Source: Amoebidium appalachense (lineage: Eukaryota > Protista > Ichthyosporea). From it: DNA of 64,000 nt. Of the stretch, positions 44,053 through 56,467 are shown piece by piece. The stretch spans positions 9,052,940-9,116,939 of the forward strand of contig CAVNZM010000013.1 of the NCBI GenBank assembly GCA_963693365.1, written 5' to 3'. How positions within the stretch are numbered: the stretch's first letter is position 1; each line of letters opens with the position of its first letter. The notes beneath the pieces are model-generated. The model was not told where the DNA came from. It worked only from the letters and a program-made list of their open reading frames with translations, and made no database searches. Both the position numbers and the translations under genes were made by a program.

Positions 44053-44909
44053 GAGTGTGTGTGTTCACGTTGGTTTCAAGTGAAATGAGGTTACGATGGG
44101 CGGGTGGCTGTTATCTGAGTCCCCCTCCCCTCCCTGCCCCAAACCCCTTCTCACCGCACCTGCTTCCTGGTCGACTCCTGAGAGCACTCCTACCCGTTCT
44201 GGCAAGCAAGCAAACCCGTTTTGAAATGGGAAGGCAGCAGGTCGTGTAAGGGAGGCTAGGGATGGGGGAGGGAAAGACGGGCCTGGGAGAAACGGCAGGG
44301 TTCAACAGCTTGACGGACTGATGCATGGTGTTGGGCACTCAGTGCACTGATGTGTATTGACGATAACTGTAGCTCTGTAAGGGCGAAGTGGGGGGCCGGG
44401 GGAGGCATGACGTATACCTGGGGACGTATTCTGACTGGGATTCATGATGACCACGAAGTACGCTCCAGTCACAGGGAAACCACACCATGAGTTACGAGTA
44501 CTATACTGGGTACGCCTGCAGAGGGTACGCCTACAAATTTGTAAAAAACAAGTTTTTTCCGACTACACGCATACGACAGCTCTCGAGAGTATGGTGCCGG
44601 TAGTCTGTAGCACGCCAAAAAAGAAAAAAAGAAAAAAAATACTCCTCGTCGGCCGATTACCGAAATTCATCCCTCTTCCCCCCCGATTCACCAACGCTGC
44701 TTCTGAATGTCCTCAGCCTACCCTCTTTCAACCTGATTCTTCCTCTCGCTATCTCACTCCCTCTTTCTTTTCTCTTCCTGTTTTTTCTGCCTTTTCGCGT
44801 TATTACCATACCCAGTATAAGTTTCTTTCTCGTTCTGATAGAGAAATCAAAGGTAAAACTCAGTCGGCATGTGTTATGTTCCTTAGGCAACACCGTACTG
44901 ATCATTATC

Positions 44910-45052
44910 GCTTTTTTTTTCTTCTTTTGACTCGTTTTTATTGATCCGTTGATGAAGGCAACGTGCAGCCACAGGCTACAGTACCACCAATAGAACTGAA
45001 AAAGCCAAAGCAACGAAATAAAAATAAAGCGACAAGTGACAAAGGACACTGG
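44910..45052 (-). repeat. Dispersed repeat, inverted partner of 16125-16280
   Basis: Reverse complement matches 16125-16280; both ORF translations contain FIFISxLWLF...CSLWLHVAFI. Confidence 0.75.
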
Positions 45053-45669
45053 CACCAGCGGGCAAAACCTTGCTCCAACTAGTCATATGCATCGATGTTG
45101 ACCAGACCACACTCTGCCGCAGAAGACATCATTACTGCTGCTTCCCAACAGGCTCCCCTCAAAACCTACCAAGGCACAGCAAGCAAGTCAGCCTCTAAAA
45201 GAGCAATGCAGACCAAATCTGAGCTAAAAAACAATCCCAACGGGCCCGGCCCCTAGATAACCCGGAGAAACTGCATCTAGCTCTCTGATAAGGTGGCCTA
45301 GTTGTGGCAGGACACACAGAAAAACACAATTACAGAATGCATGCAAGCAAACCCGGTCATTGCCATACGACTGGAGGCTAAGGACTGGCAGTCACTTGGA
45401 AAGCTCCCCGACGACCAAGTAGCCGCCCCTCCACTCACGCAGCGCAGATGTAGCTGAAGAAGTTGCAGCAGCCCACCGCCAATAGGTCGCGTAGAAGCAT
45501 AGACAGCGTGTAGAAGTTACCATAGGTTGCAGTGGAACACCAGGTGTTGAAGAAACCAATTCTCAAGCGAGAAACTCCGCGAAAGGGAGATGCCCGTGGC
45601 ACACTCTCACAGCAGTAGGAATACACCAGGCCACACCACACACACGCTGCAGTCACGTTCCCCTGAGTG

Positions 45670-46005
45670 GGACTCCCTCCCACCACAAAAGGAAGAAACG
45701 AAAGCCTTTATATACCTGCCATGGTGAAGAATCGGGAAAAAAAGTTGACGTGACAGCTAAGAGATCGAAGTGAAAGTGAAGTCCAAAGGACTCCCTCCCA
45801 CCACAAAAAGAAGAAACAAAAGCCTTTATATACCTGCCATGGTGAAGAAGCGGGAAAAAAAGTTGACGTGACAGCTAAGAGATCGAAGTGAAAGTGAAGT
45901 CCACCACAAAAAGAAGAAACAAAAGCCTTTATATACCTGCCATGGTGAAGAATCGGGCAAAAAAGTTGACGTGACAGCTAAGAGATCGAAGTGAAAGTGA
46001 AGTCC
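45670..46005. repeat. Triplicated ~103-118-bp unit
   Basis: ccaccacaaaa...gcctttatatacctgccatggtgaag...gttgacgtgacagctaagagatcgaagtgaaagtgaagtcc three times. Confidence 0.9.
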
Positions 46006-46711
46006 CTTTTGGGAGCTTTGGCAGGATATATTTCTCCTGCTGTACGTATGGATACCACCCTAGTAGATAAGTCTGTATGGTGCTCTGATGTTGATATTGC
46101 CTGGGAAGTTGTGCAGTGGCGTTGTAATTTTTGTTTCCATCGCCGCTGGTGCCACTTTTGTGCTGAACTTTTTAATCGCAAGCATGTTGATAGGTTTGAG
46201 TTTTTATGTCGCGTTTTACCTCTTTCCCTACGGGTGTCTGCTACACTGGCTGGCAATGTGAACACTTTAGACTTTTTGTTGAATTCTGTTGGTCGTCACA
46301 TTGAGTATTAATATGATTTTCACATAGTACCGATGCATATGCTATGTAGGCTCTGCACACACATCCTACCCCCCGTTTTTGGGAATTTTTTCTAGCTCGG
46401 AAATAATGCATCAACCAGCGCCCGACCCGACCGAGACACGTCCAAATTGGCGCTGGTTCAGTCAGTATAGGGGAGCGCCCAGGAGGGCGTTCGATGGCTG
46501 GGTCGGGCTTTGTGATGGCATGCGGAATAGGTTTATTTGGCTAGAATTTTTAGCCTTAGATGGCTTGACGGTGGATTGCCGTCCAATCGCATCTAGGGAG
46601 AGGTGTATAAATGCAGCTCCACGAAAATCGGATGTCAAATAGTGTTTTTTGCAAGTTTTCCCGGGTACAGAAACTTTAAATTAAAATTTTGTGTTTGTTG
46701 TATGTACATAA

Positions 46712-49700
46712 TGTATCAACGTGGAGGCTCCCAGGCACGGAAAGGAGACAAGACAGGCAAAGAGACACTGACCTCATGATAAGGTGGGCGAGCCTGTATT
46801 GTCGGACGTGCGCGAGAGCTAAGACACGTGGCAGCAAGAAAGGATCAGACCTGCACGAGAAAGCGCCAGCGAGAGACTGAGCTGGCATGATGCGTGCGGC
46901 AGGCTAGGGTCATGCCAGGGGGGTCTATCAGAGAGGGGGGTCTACTATAGGTGTCATCTTCCCATGATTATCGGCAAGACTTAGAAGTTGAGTTTTATAT
47001 ATGTTTATTAGTTTGTTGTAGTTTGTTTCCTTTTCCCTTTTCCTTTCTTCCTTTCTTTCTTTCCTTTCTGTTTCCGTGTACACCGATATCTTAGATCTGT
47101 GTACACATCGAAATATTTAGCCCGCGCACACGTATTGTTATTTGTGTCAATGTCTAAATATGTCGTCCAATCAGATCTCGTTGTATTTTCCCAAATATAG
47201 TAACCTACATTCCTCATTAATTCTATTCGATTCCTTTCTCATTCCATTCCTTTCTATCCTCATTCCTTTTCCTTCTTTTCTCACGACGTAGCATTGTTCT
47301 ATGTACTCCAACTATTAGGAATACTTATATTTAGACGTGTTATGTTAGGAACATGTATAAATATATGATGTGAACTAATAGATACATAATTGGTTTCATT
47401 TTGTTAAATGTTTTCCGTACCTTTTATTAGAAGTTTACTTTCTTTAGAGGATTGCGTTTTATCTTCTATGAGTGTCGACAGGCATTTCGATCAATTTATT
47501 TTACCCTCATAGTTTTCGTCTTTCTGATTGGAAAATAGAGTTTTCGTTCTTTTGATTGGTTTATCGATTTCACATTCCTGAGTATAAAAGGAACTTCACC
47601 TTGGAATAAATATGAAGCAGTCGAATCATTTCCTATGGCCCCAGTAATCGTTCCACCTCTCCGGTTGTGTTTTTCTCGTGTGTCTCTGTGTTGTGTATAA
47701 CATAACACCCATCTGTGCACTCTGCTTCTCCGTTTACCCACACAAAACAACAGGTTTACGGCCCCTTTGCACGCTAACACACAATCTCGTTACAACCGCG
47801 AAATTCCTCCGTCTTACTGCTTCAACCATGACTGACAAACCGTCGTACATCAACCTTCCACAATGGAATCCGTCCGAGAAGAGAGATGAGAAACGTCTCA
47901 ACTATTTCGAGTGGGAGCCACTCATCCACCGGTTCATAAGAACAACCATTGCCGAGAAATTCGTTGATGCCATCAAGAGGCCACAGTGGGTTGACGGCAC
48001 TGATGCCAACCAGTGGCTAGGCTACGGCACCAAGGACTCCTACAAGAAAGCTTCCGACGTCCTCGACCAGATCCTCAACCAGTCCGTCCATCCGATAGAG
48101 CTCTACGACTCCGGCCGGATGCAAGACGGTGTTCACGGTGGAGAAGTCTTCCACAACCTGCGTATGGCTTATGTGGTAGAGAAGGAGGCCCGCGTCACCC
48201 AGATTCAAGTCACCTACGAGGAGCTTGAACTACGAGACTACCCCAACGTCACAGCGTACCTCACCCGCCTCCAACGTCTGGCTACGACACTTGCCTGCCT
48301 CGACGAGCCCGTCCAACACAAGGATGTCGTACGCAAGTTCTTCCTTCACCTCCGCAAGAACACCGCCCTGGTCTGCAGTGACATTGAACGTCTCTGCTCA
48401 GACTACTGGATGAACAACAAGGCTTACCCGTCCTTCAACCAGCTCATCAGTGACATCCGAGGAGCTGAAATCCGTGCCGGCCTCATCGACGCAGGCACTG
48501 GTGCAACCGTCAACAACCGTCCTCTTCGAGCCCCCCAGAGCAGAATGCTCCCCTCCGGTGACCTCCGCAACCGTATCCCTCGACGTGAGCATACACCTCA
48601 CCGTTCCCCGTCCCGTTCCCGTGATCCTCATCCGTCCTCCAAGTCACCCGGCCCCCGTTCAACTTCCCCTTACCCCCGTGGTAACAGGGACAACCGTAAC
48701 CGACAGCACAACAACAAGAGAGTGGAGTGTTCCTACTGCCATGAACCCCACCACATCACATCATGCCCAGAGCCTGGCTGTGCTGTTGCTCGTCGTGCCA
48801 ACCAGGAGAAAGGCAACAAGAGTGTGCAATTTGCACTCATCTCCTCCACCGGCACACCTCACCGTAACGACCCCGTCTGGGACAGTGCTTGTAATGCACA
48901 CATCTGCCCCATCAAGGAGTATTTCTCCACCCTTACCCCGTGTACCCCCATCCCCATTCAAGGCCTGGGCACCGTCAATGCCACACACCGTGGCATCATC
49001 AACATGACACTGCACTACAACGGCAACTCAACCCAGTGCAGCATCAACGCTCTCTACGTACCCGAGTCACCGTCCTTCCTCGTGTCTGCCTCCATGGCCT
49101 TAACTGACGGCCTCCTTGGTCATTGTGACGATGCAGACACCCATCCGTCGTTCCTCTACAGCCGTAATAGTGACATTATTTCCGACCTCACCCCCCTCAA
49201 CGGTCTCTACTACATCACCGACTACGTGATTGACACCCCTCAACACCCGTGGGTCCAAGCCTACACAGCAAGGACTCATCCAACCGATGACATTACTCTT
49301 TGGCACAACCGTCTCGGCCACCGTGCCCTATCCACCGTCACCAGAATGGTCAAGGATGAGCTTGTCATCGGCATGCCCCCCTCCCTCAAGTCACCCGACA
49401 ACAGTGACTGCTTCGGCTGCATGTCTGGCAAGACCACCAAGGCTCCATTTCCCGGCACCCGTTCCCGTTTCACCATCCCCGGTGCTAAGTGGCACCTGGA
49501 CTTCTTCGAAGCTCCCTGTGCTTCCTACGGAGGCTACAAGGTTGCTCTGGTGTGTGTTTGTGATGCCACCGGTTACACCACCGTGTTCCCCCCCTACAAC
49601 CGTGCTGAAACCCTCAGCTACATTCAGTCTCTCGTTGAAACCGTCGAACGTCAGACCCCTGAGATCGTCACCCATCTTCGGTTTGACTCCGGCTCCGAGT

Positions 49701-50310
49701 TCACATCCAAGGACACCGAAGCCTACTGCAAGCAGAAAGGCATCATCATGGAGTTTGCCCCTGTCGACACACCACAGCACAACGGTGTAGTTGAACGGAA
49801 GATGAGAGACCTGCAAGAGACAGTCCGTTGCTTCCTCCATGCCGACAAGGACCAACCTCTCTCTCCCAAGTTGTGGGTTGCTGCTCTCAAGCATGCTGGC
49901 TACATCATCAACGTCACACCGTCATCTGCTGCCAACGGCAACACCCCCTTGAGGCCTTCCACGGCTTCAAACCTGACGTCTCCCAGCTCCACGTGTTCGG
50001 CTCCCCTGGCTATGTGCATGTTCCCCGATCCAAGAGGATCAAGCTTGCATCAACCGTCAGAGTCGGCACCTACGTCGGCTGCCAGTGGGATTTGCCCTCG
50101 AAGGCACACAAGATCCTCGACCATTCCAGCAACCAGGTCAAGATCTGCCGTGACGTCATCTTTGACGAGTCAAAATTCACGAGCAGCACCAATCAGCCTG
50201 AGGTCCCCCGATCCCCCCAAACCCGATCTGCCAACATTGGACCCCCCCTCCGACGACGACGATGAAATTCCGTCTGTGGTCTTCACCCAACCGTCCTGGC
50301 ACATCAGCAA
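46712..50310 (+). mobile_element. Ty1/Copia LTR retrotransposon, 3'-truncated (no RT/RNase H, no 3' LTR)
   Basis: Putative 5' LTR ends ...aaaacaACA at 47752, followed by a copia-type PBS-like GGTTTACGGCCC (47753-47764). The LTR start (TGT at 46712) is a guess. The gag-PR-IN ORF follows. Confidence 0.85.
47828..50265 (+). pseudogene. Copia gag-protease-integrase polyprotein, frameshifted and truncated
   Basis: Zn knuckle CSYCHEPHHITSC; protease VWDSAC; HHCC LWHNRLGH...CFGC; DDE WHLDF / LRFDSGSEF / PQHNGVVERK. A 1-nt deletion at ~49950 shifts the SH3-like tail (LHVFGSPGYVHVP...CRDVIFDESKF) to another frame. Confidence 0.92.
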
Positions 50311-50319
50311 ACTTCCCGG

Positions 50320-51272
50320 AAGTATTGCCAACGTATTTTTTGCTAATGGAGCTATTGGCGATATTGGCAATAGAACCCCTTGCCGCCAATAGGAACGCCA
50401 TATTGCAATAATATTGCTTTGGTATTGTCAATGGTAATACAGTACCAATACCCTCTATTGTCGATATCCCGCTGATATGAATATATTATCCAGTATATGT
50501 TACATCAATATCGCCAATACATTAGATTGCCATTACATTACCATTGCATTACTATTGCGCTAGCATTATAGACGTATTGCCAATATCAATTATACCCGGG
50601 CGATATTACAATAACAACCAAATAATATCAAAAATACAGATAATGATATGGATAATACTGTATTTTCGCATTGTAGTTGCACTATGAACGCATTATTAAT
50701 GTATTGCCAATATGTAATTCATAGAAATACAAAGATTTAAATATCAAGAAACATATAAACAATGTATTGCCAACATATGATCCAACTATAATCAATATAT
50801 AAATGCGGTATCGCCGATAGGTTGCTTATATATCGTGAGTATATTGATGACATAAACAGAGGTATGATTAATACACTCCCAACACATTACAAATAAGAAA
50901 TATGTCACGTATGTTCCATATCAAGCATATATTGCCAACATACGAATGATACCACCACCATAAAGATATAAGTGTTGATAATGCATTACATATATATTAT
51001 AAATATCACACTATATTATCCAAATACATTGCCAATAAATTGATAATGGGAACGAATGCATGCAAAGTACAGTATAAGTGCGCTTATAATATGAAAGGCA
51101 TATCGGAGTAACGTCTTATATCTAAGAATAATACGTATGACGAACATTGCCAATGTATTAACAATAACTTTATTGATACCTCAATCACATGCTCAATATA
51201 TTGGCAATATGCACACGGTAGGGTAAGCACAGCCCCATGATCATTGTCAATGTATTGCCAATGTATTGCACA
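50320..51272. repeat. AT-rich block with many dispersed ATTGCCAA-like motifs
   Basis: Motif at ~50323, 50362 (rev), 50576, 50703, 50766, 50931, 51028, 51146, 51201 (rev), 51254, plus variants attgtcaa and atcgccaa. Confidence 0.75.
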
Positions 51273-51652
51273 TGTCGACATCCATACGTGTTCCGTATGG
51301 TCACTTTATTAACTTCGGTTGGATAGTGGCATCAAGCACACAAGTAAACAACACAACTAATATACCACCCCAGGTGGCATCCTACAGCACACAAGTTAAC
51401 AACACAACTAACATACCACCCCAGGTGGCATCCATTCTCTACTATCTACTTTATCTCGCATCTCGTATCAACATTACTCTTATGCAAACAAAAAATACCA
51501 AAAAGAATCATGACAAAAAAAGAAGAAAAAAGAAGAAAAAAGAAAAAGAAAACTACCACACAAGCACAACAGGCTGGGCTGGGGCAACACAGAAACGAAA
51601 AACGGAAACAACAGCAGCCATAGGACAAAGAGCCGGTACCCACCTCTAGAGT

Positions 51653-52920
51653 GGCAAAAAAAGAGTCGACAGAACGAACCTCAAACATAGTAAGGACGGA
51701 AACCCGGACCAGAACTTATAAGTCTAGAGAAGCAGAAAATAGCTTGAACGACTGGTGGAGGGGATGATAGCTATAGTGCTAACAGCAAAAGTAGTGCCCA
51801 CAGTCGCTGGTTCATGAACGTGAAAAGGCAACGTGCATCTGCAGCCAGCAGGCACACGCACACGCACGCACACACATACACACACACGCACACAGACACA
51901 GACATAATCACAGGCACGGACACAGACCAGACAGACAAACGCCACATGCACAAAAGCAGGCAACACAAACCTAACCTTCAAACGGCCTTTCAGCCGTTAG
52001 GCGAAGAAGAGGCAGCATGCAGCATGGTCGAAACCATCCAGCACGGTGGCTGCGCGACCTGCGGAGGGCAAAAAAAGAGTCGACAGAACCAACCTCAAAC
52101 TTAGTAAGGACGGAAACCCGGACCAGAACTTATGAAGTCTAGAGAAGCAGAAAATAGCTTGAACGACTGGGGGAGGGGATGATAGCTATAGTGCTAACAG
52201 CAAAAGTAGTGCCCACAGTCGCTGGTTCATGAACGTGAAAAGGCAACGTGCATCTGCAGCCAGCAGGCACACGCACACGCACGCACACACATACACACAC
52301 ACGCACACAGACACAGACACAGACACAGACATAATCACAGGCACGGACACAGACCAGACAGACAAACGCCACATGCACAAAAGCAGGCAACACAAAACTA
52401 ACCTTCAAACGGCCTTTCAGCCGTTAGGCGAAGAAGCTGCAGCATGCAGCATGGTCGAAACCATTCAGCACGGTGGCTGCGCGACCTGCGGAGGGCAAAA
52501 AAAAGAGTCGACAGAACCAACCTCAAACATAGTAAGGACGGAAACCCGGACCAGAACTTATGGAGTCTAGAGAAGCAGAAAATAGCTTGAACGACTGGTG
52601 GAAGGGATGATAGCTATAGTGCTAACAGCAAAAGTAGTGCCCACAGTCGCTGATTCATGAACGTCAAAAGGCAACGTGCATCTGCAGCCAGCAGGCACAC
52701 GCACACGCACGCACACACATACAATCACACGCACACCGACACAGACACAGACACAGACATAATCACAGGCACGGACACAGACCAGACAGACAAACGCCAC
52801 ATGCACAAAAGCAGGCAACACAAAACTAACCTTCAAACGGCCTTTCAGCCGTTAGGTGAAGAAGCTGCAGCATGCAGCATGGTCGAAACCATTCAGCACG
52901 GTGGCTGCGCGACCTGCGGA
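51653..52920. repeat. Three tandem ~414-428-bp units
   Basis: Units start ggcaaaaaaagagtcgacagaac at ~51653, 52067 and 52495; identical ORF translations recur three times. Confidence 0.92.
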
Positions 52921-53654
52921 TGGGACCTGTGACCAGGCGACCTGCGGGAGGCGACCTGCGGGAAGGGAACTGCGACCAGGCGACCTGCAGGAAGGGACCT
53001 GCGACCAGGCGACCTGCGGGAAATGACCTGCGGACCTGCGTGAAGGGGGAAGAGAAATGGAGCAAACAACGTGCGTACAGGCTTAAACGGACAAAAAATT
53101 GCAAACCGGATTGGGTTTAGCCAATCACTATTTGCTATCAGAAGCGGATTCCCATGGTGTACATAATGTGATTGGATCGATTCTCGGCGGATCGGTGAGG
53201 TTGGCGATATGGTGGACATATTTCGGACACCGTTGCCATACGTTCCGACGGAGCTTAAGTTATAACGTTAACGCTGTTTACTCGAGGCCTATCCCCGCTT
53301 TACGTAGAAAGGTCATGTGTGGGGGAAGATGTGAACACCCAGACGTGTATGTACACCCGGTCAGGCCTGTGTACTCGTTGTTATGTTAATAGTTGGTTGA
53401 TGGAGTACATCTTCAACGCGACGTATACACGCGTGCGTGCGATTCAGGAAGGGGTCCCAATATGGCTCTCGTATTATTTATATTCGTGTGATATATATAT
53501 TCTATGTACTATCTATTACCAATATACGTTACGTATTGGTACAATATCACCAATACTAATTAAATATCGTCACGCGTGATGGTGATGGCATCCATGTAGC
53601 TCTGCAGCAGTGTGTGTGTGTGGTGCGTGTGTGTGTGGTGTGGAGAGGCGGCCT

Positions 53655-53685
<31 letters not shown>

Positions 53686-53694
53686 GGGCCCGGT

Positions 53695-53732
<38 letters not shown>

Positions 53733-54009
53733 TAGGCAAATACCAGACAGTGATGCATAATTGCACATTCTTTTGCAGCTACAGTTTGATGATATTTACC
53801 CACCGTGTGCACCACACATGTGACCCCAGTCTTCCGAGGTGGTGTCACAGGTGGGCGCCAACACCAATAAATTGACTGGTGACGGGTGTAAAACCAAAGA
53901 AACTCAGCAGCACATATAATAACGTTGATGCTATACCCTGCCTAGTTAACGTAATATTAAGTGCACCATCGCACGCGTGACCCCCTCCCCCCCCCCCCCC
54001 CCCCCCCCC

Positions 54010-54460
54010 GGGGTGTTTTTGCCGCGCGGTACCCCTGATATTGTAGGTGTACACTGCCCCCACAACCCCAACTGTGTGCTAAATATCTCGTGCTAGGAAA
54101 CCAATAACGCGAAACTAACACATGCCGCATGATATATGATATATATGGTACAAGGGGGGTTTCAATCCGGGCTACAATGATGTGTTTTTTTCGTGTGACC
54201 CTCGTACTCCAGAGGCACATTCACCATCCCCCCATAAACTTTGTGGTAAATTTCTCGTGCTAGAAGCTGTTCTGTGGGTAGTTAATGAAAAAACCAATAA
54301 TGTCTAGGTAACACATGTACATATACTATGCTACAAGGGGTTCTATAGAGCTACACTTGTGGTTGTGTGCCCTCGTACTCCAGGGGCTTCACCATCCCCA
54401 CCATAAACTTTGTGGTAAATGTCTCGTGCTAGAAGCTGTTCTGTGGGTAGTTATTGAAAA
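54010..54460. repeat. Left, degenerate edge of the ~183-bp satellite
   Basis: Monomer motifs gtgaccctcgtactccag and tctcgtgctagaagctgttctgtgggtagtt; similarity decays leftwards. Confidence 0.85.
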
Positions 54461-54599
54461 GGTTTTATTTGTGGAAATTATTGACATAAATATTTTTCTG
54501 GGTAAACACGTAGGACGGGTGTTCGATACCAACATAACCATGTAGGCTTCATTTCGTGTTTTAGCAGTTCGCGGTTGGCTGCCCGCACACGGGCACCTA

Positions 54600-54725
54600 T
54601 TAGCCAATCAAAACATCAGATACCACAGATCACTAGAGCGAGTTATGATTGGCTCGGATCAGATTTCACATATCACTAGATCGATTTTGATTGGCTCAGA
54701 TCGGTAGGCTTAGGTATATAAGCAC
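54600..54725 (+). promoter_or_regulatory. Putative Pol II promoter within Ngaro repeat A
   Basis: CCAAT plus two ATTGG boxes (inverted agccaatcaaaa / ttttgattggct) and TATATAA at ~54715, about 120 nt upstream of the gag ATG. Confidence 0.5.
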
Positions 54726-54838
54726 GACAGTTTTTAGCAGATCAGCAAGCTACAAACACATCTTCTGTGTTTAGCATCCACAGCCTTACAGCTATATATT
54801 CCTTTTCACTCTCCCTATCTTTCCCTACGCCGGTCAAC

Positions 54839-56010
54839 ATGCCGCCGAAAAAAGCGCCAGGCCTCAGCCACCGCCCCTGCCGCGGCACCTAAGCGCCTGA
54901 CCCGCAGCGACCTCCGCCACAGGCTGACCAACGCTCCCGCGGACACTGACGCGCCTCCAGCGGCCCATACCACCACGGACCCGGACCCGCCGGCTACTCT
55001 CCCCCTCCACTCCTGAAGTCCCCCCTCAGGCCCCGCCGTCCCCGCAGATGACTTCTCAAGACGCCGTCCTTGCCGCCCTCACCGCCATCAGCACCCAGAT
55101 GGCTGGCGTCCTGGCTGCTCTCACCAACCGCGACCCTCCCGCGCCCCCCGCCGCGCCCTCCGCACCCGGGGAGGTTTCCCCGGGGCTGCATCTCGGCCCT
55201 GACCTAGACCTACCTGCCCTGCCCGCGCCCCCCATCACAGGTGAGAACACTGGCGACATTCAGCCGGGCACACTCCCGCTTCCCCCCGCGGATGTGCTGG
55301 CAGATTTGCGCGCCAATCGTTTCGTTGACCTGTATAAGTTCACCCCCGCCGCCCTCCTGGCCCCATCCAAGAAAGGTCAGCATCTGCGCATGGCCGACGA
55401 CGGCAGCATCGAGACTTTTCGCCAAGACAAACCCGTTCCCCTGCGTTCACTCGTCATTTGGATCCAAGCTTGGACCCATTACATGGCCGCCAAGCACCAC
55501 CTCGGCCTCCCCACGGACAAAGACGTACTTTGGACTCAGCACATCACTCGCCTCAGCACCCGATACCCGTGGGCCCAGATCCACAACTATGACGTGTACG
55601 CCCGCACCGTTGCCCACCAGCAGGGTCGGGCTCCGATCGAGTGTCCCAACCTGCTCGCCCAACTCCACCAGGATCTCCTTCTGCCACCCACTCTGCTCAT
55701 CCCGGACGCATGTCAGCGCTGTGGCTTCCCCGACCACCCCAGCGCGGCCTGCCCCATGTACCCCAAGCCCGGCTGTGGTCTTGACGGCTTTAAGCCGCCC
55801 CACAAGCCCGGCGGGGGTCAAACCCCTAACCGCCCTGGCCCGCAACCCGGCCCGGCAAAACCGGCCCGACCCGTGGATCTACCCGCGACGCACTGCAGGA
55901 ATTTCCACATTAACGGTCGGTCCTGCGCTAAGCAGCCCTGCCCCTTCTCCCACGTGTGCCCGCTCTGCTCTGGCACACACCCCCGCAAAGACTGCAAGCA
56001 CAATGCCTAG
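54839..56010 (+). CDS. Ngaro ORF1 (gag-like, C-terminal zinc fingers) with a +1 frameshift after codon 5
   Basis: CQRCGFPDHPSAAC and CRNF..GRSC...CPFSHVCPLCSGTHPRKDC. An extra G at 54854 relative to the intact start of copy 2 (MPPKKRQ, 62889). Open in frame from ATG 55048. Confidence 0.85.
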
Positions 56011-56308
56011 TCTACGAGCACACCCACACACACAGCTAGAACATAGGGGTTAGGAGCTAGGACACACGAGTACAGGGAAACGGAGCTCGGGAGAACGGGC
56101 CAATAGGGCTGAGTACAAAATTTCGCAGGCCAACTACGGCGCCCGCGCGCGTCAAGAATAAATGTCCCTACACAAAGACGTTTATTCGGGCCACTGCACA
56201 TAATTTTACTCCCCCCCCCATCCCACGAGCCTCCCCCCCCCCCCCTTACACTCACCTAGCACTCCCTCCCCCCCCTTCTTCTACCTCTGTGTCCGTCCAC
56301 ACCCCCGC

Positions 56309-56403
56309 GTGCTCGGGCACATTCCCCTGCACAGGGCCCCGCTGCCCTCCCTGCCAACCCTCACTTGGGCCCAGCGGCCCTACTCTAACCCCCCGGGGCC
56401 CTG

Positions 56404-56467
<64 letters not shown>

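Noticed and set aside
47678-47827. N-terminal extension of the 904-aa Copia ORF
   Set aside because: It starts at a non-ATG codon inside the LTR/PBS leader; ATG 47828 is the plausible start.
56070-56095. SRP RNA-like GGAAACGGAGC
   Set aside because: Short match without the flanking helix 8 or other SRP elements.
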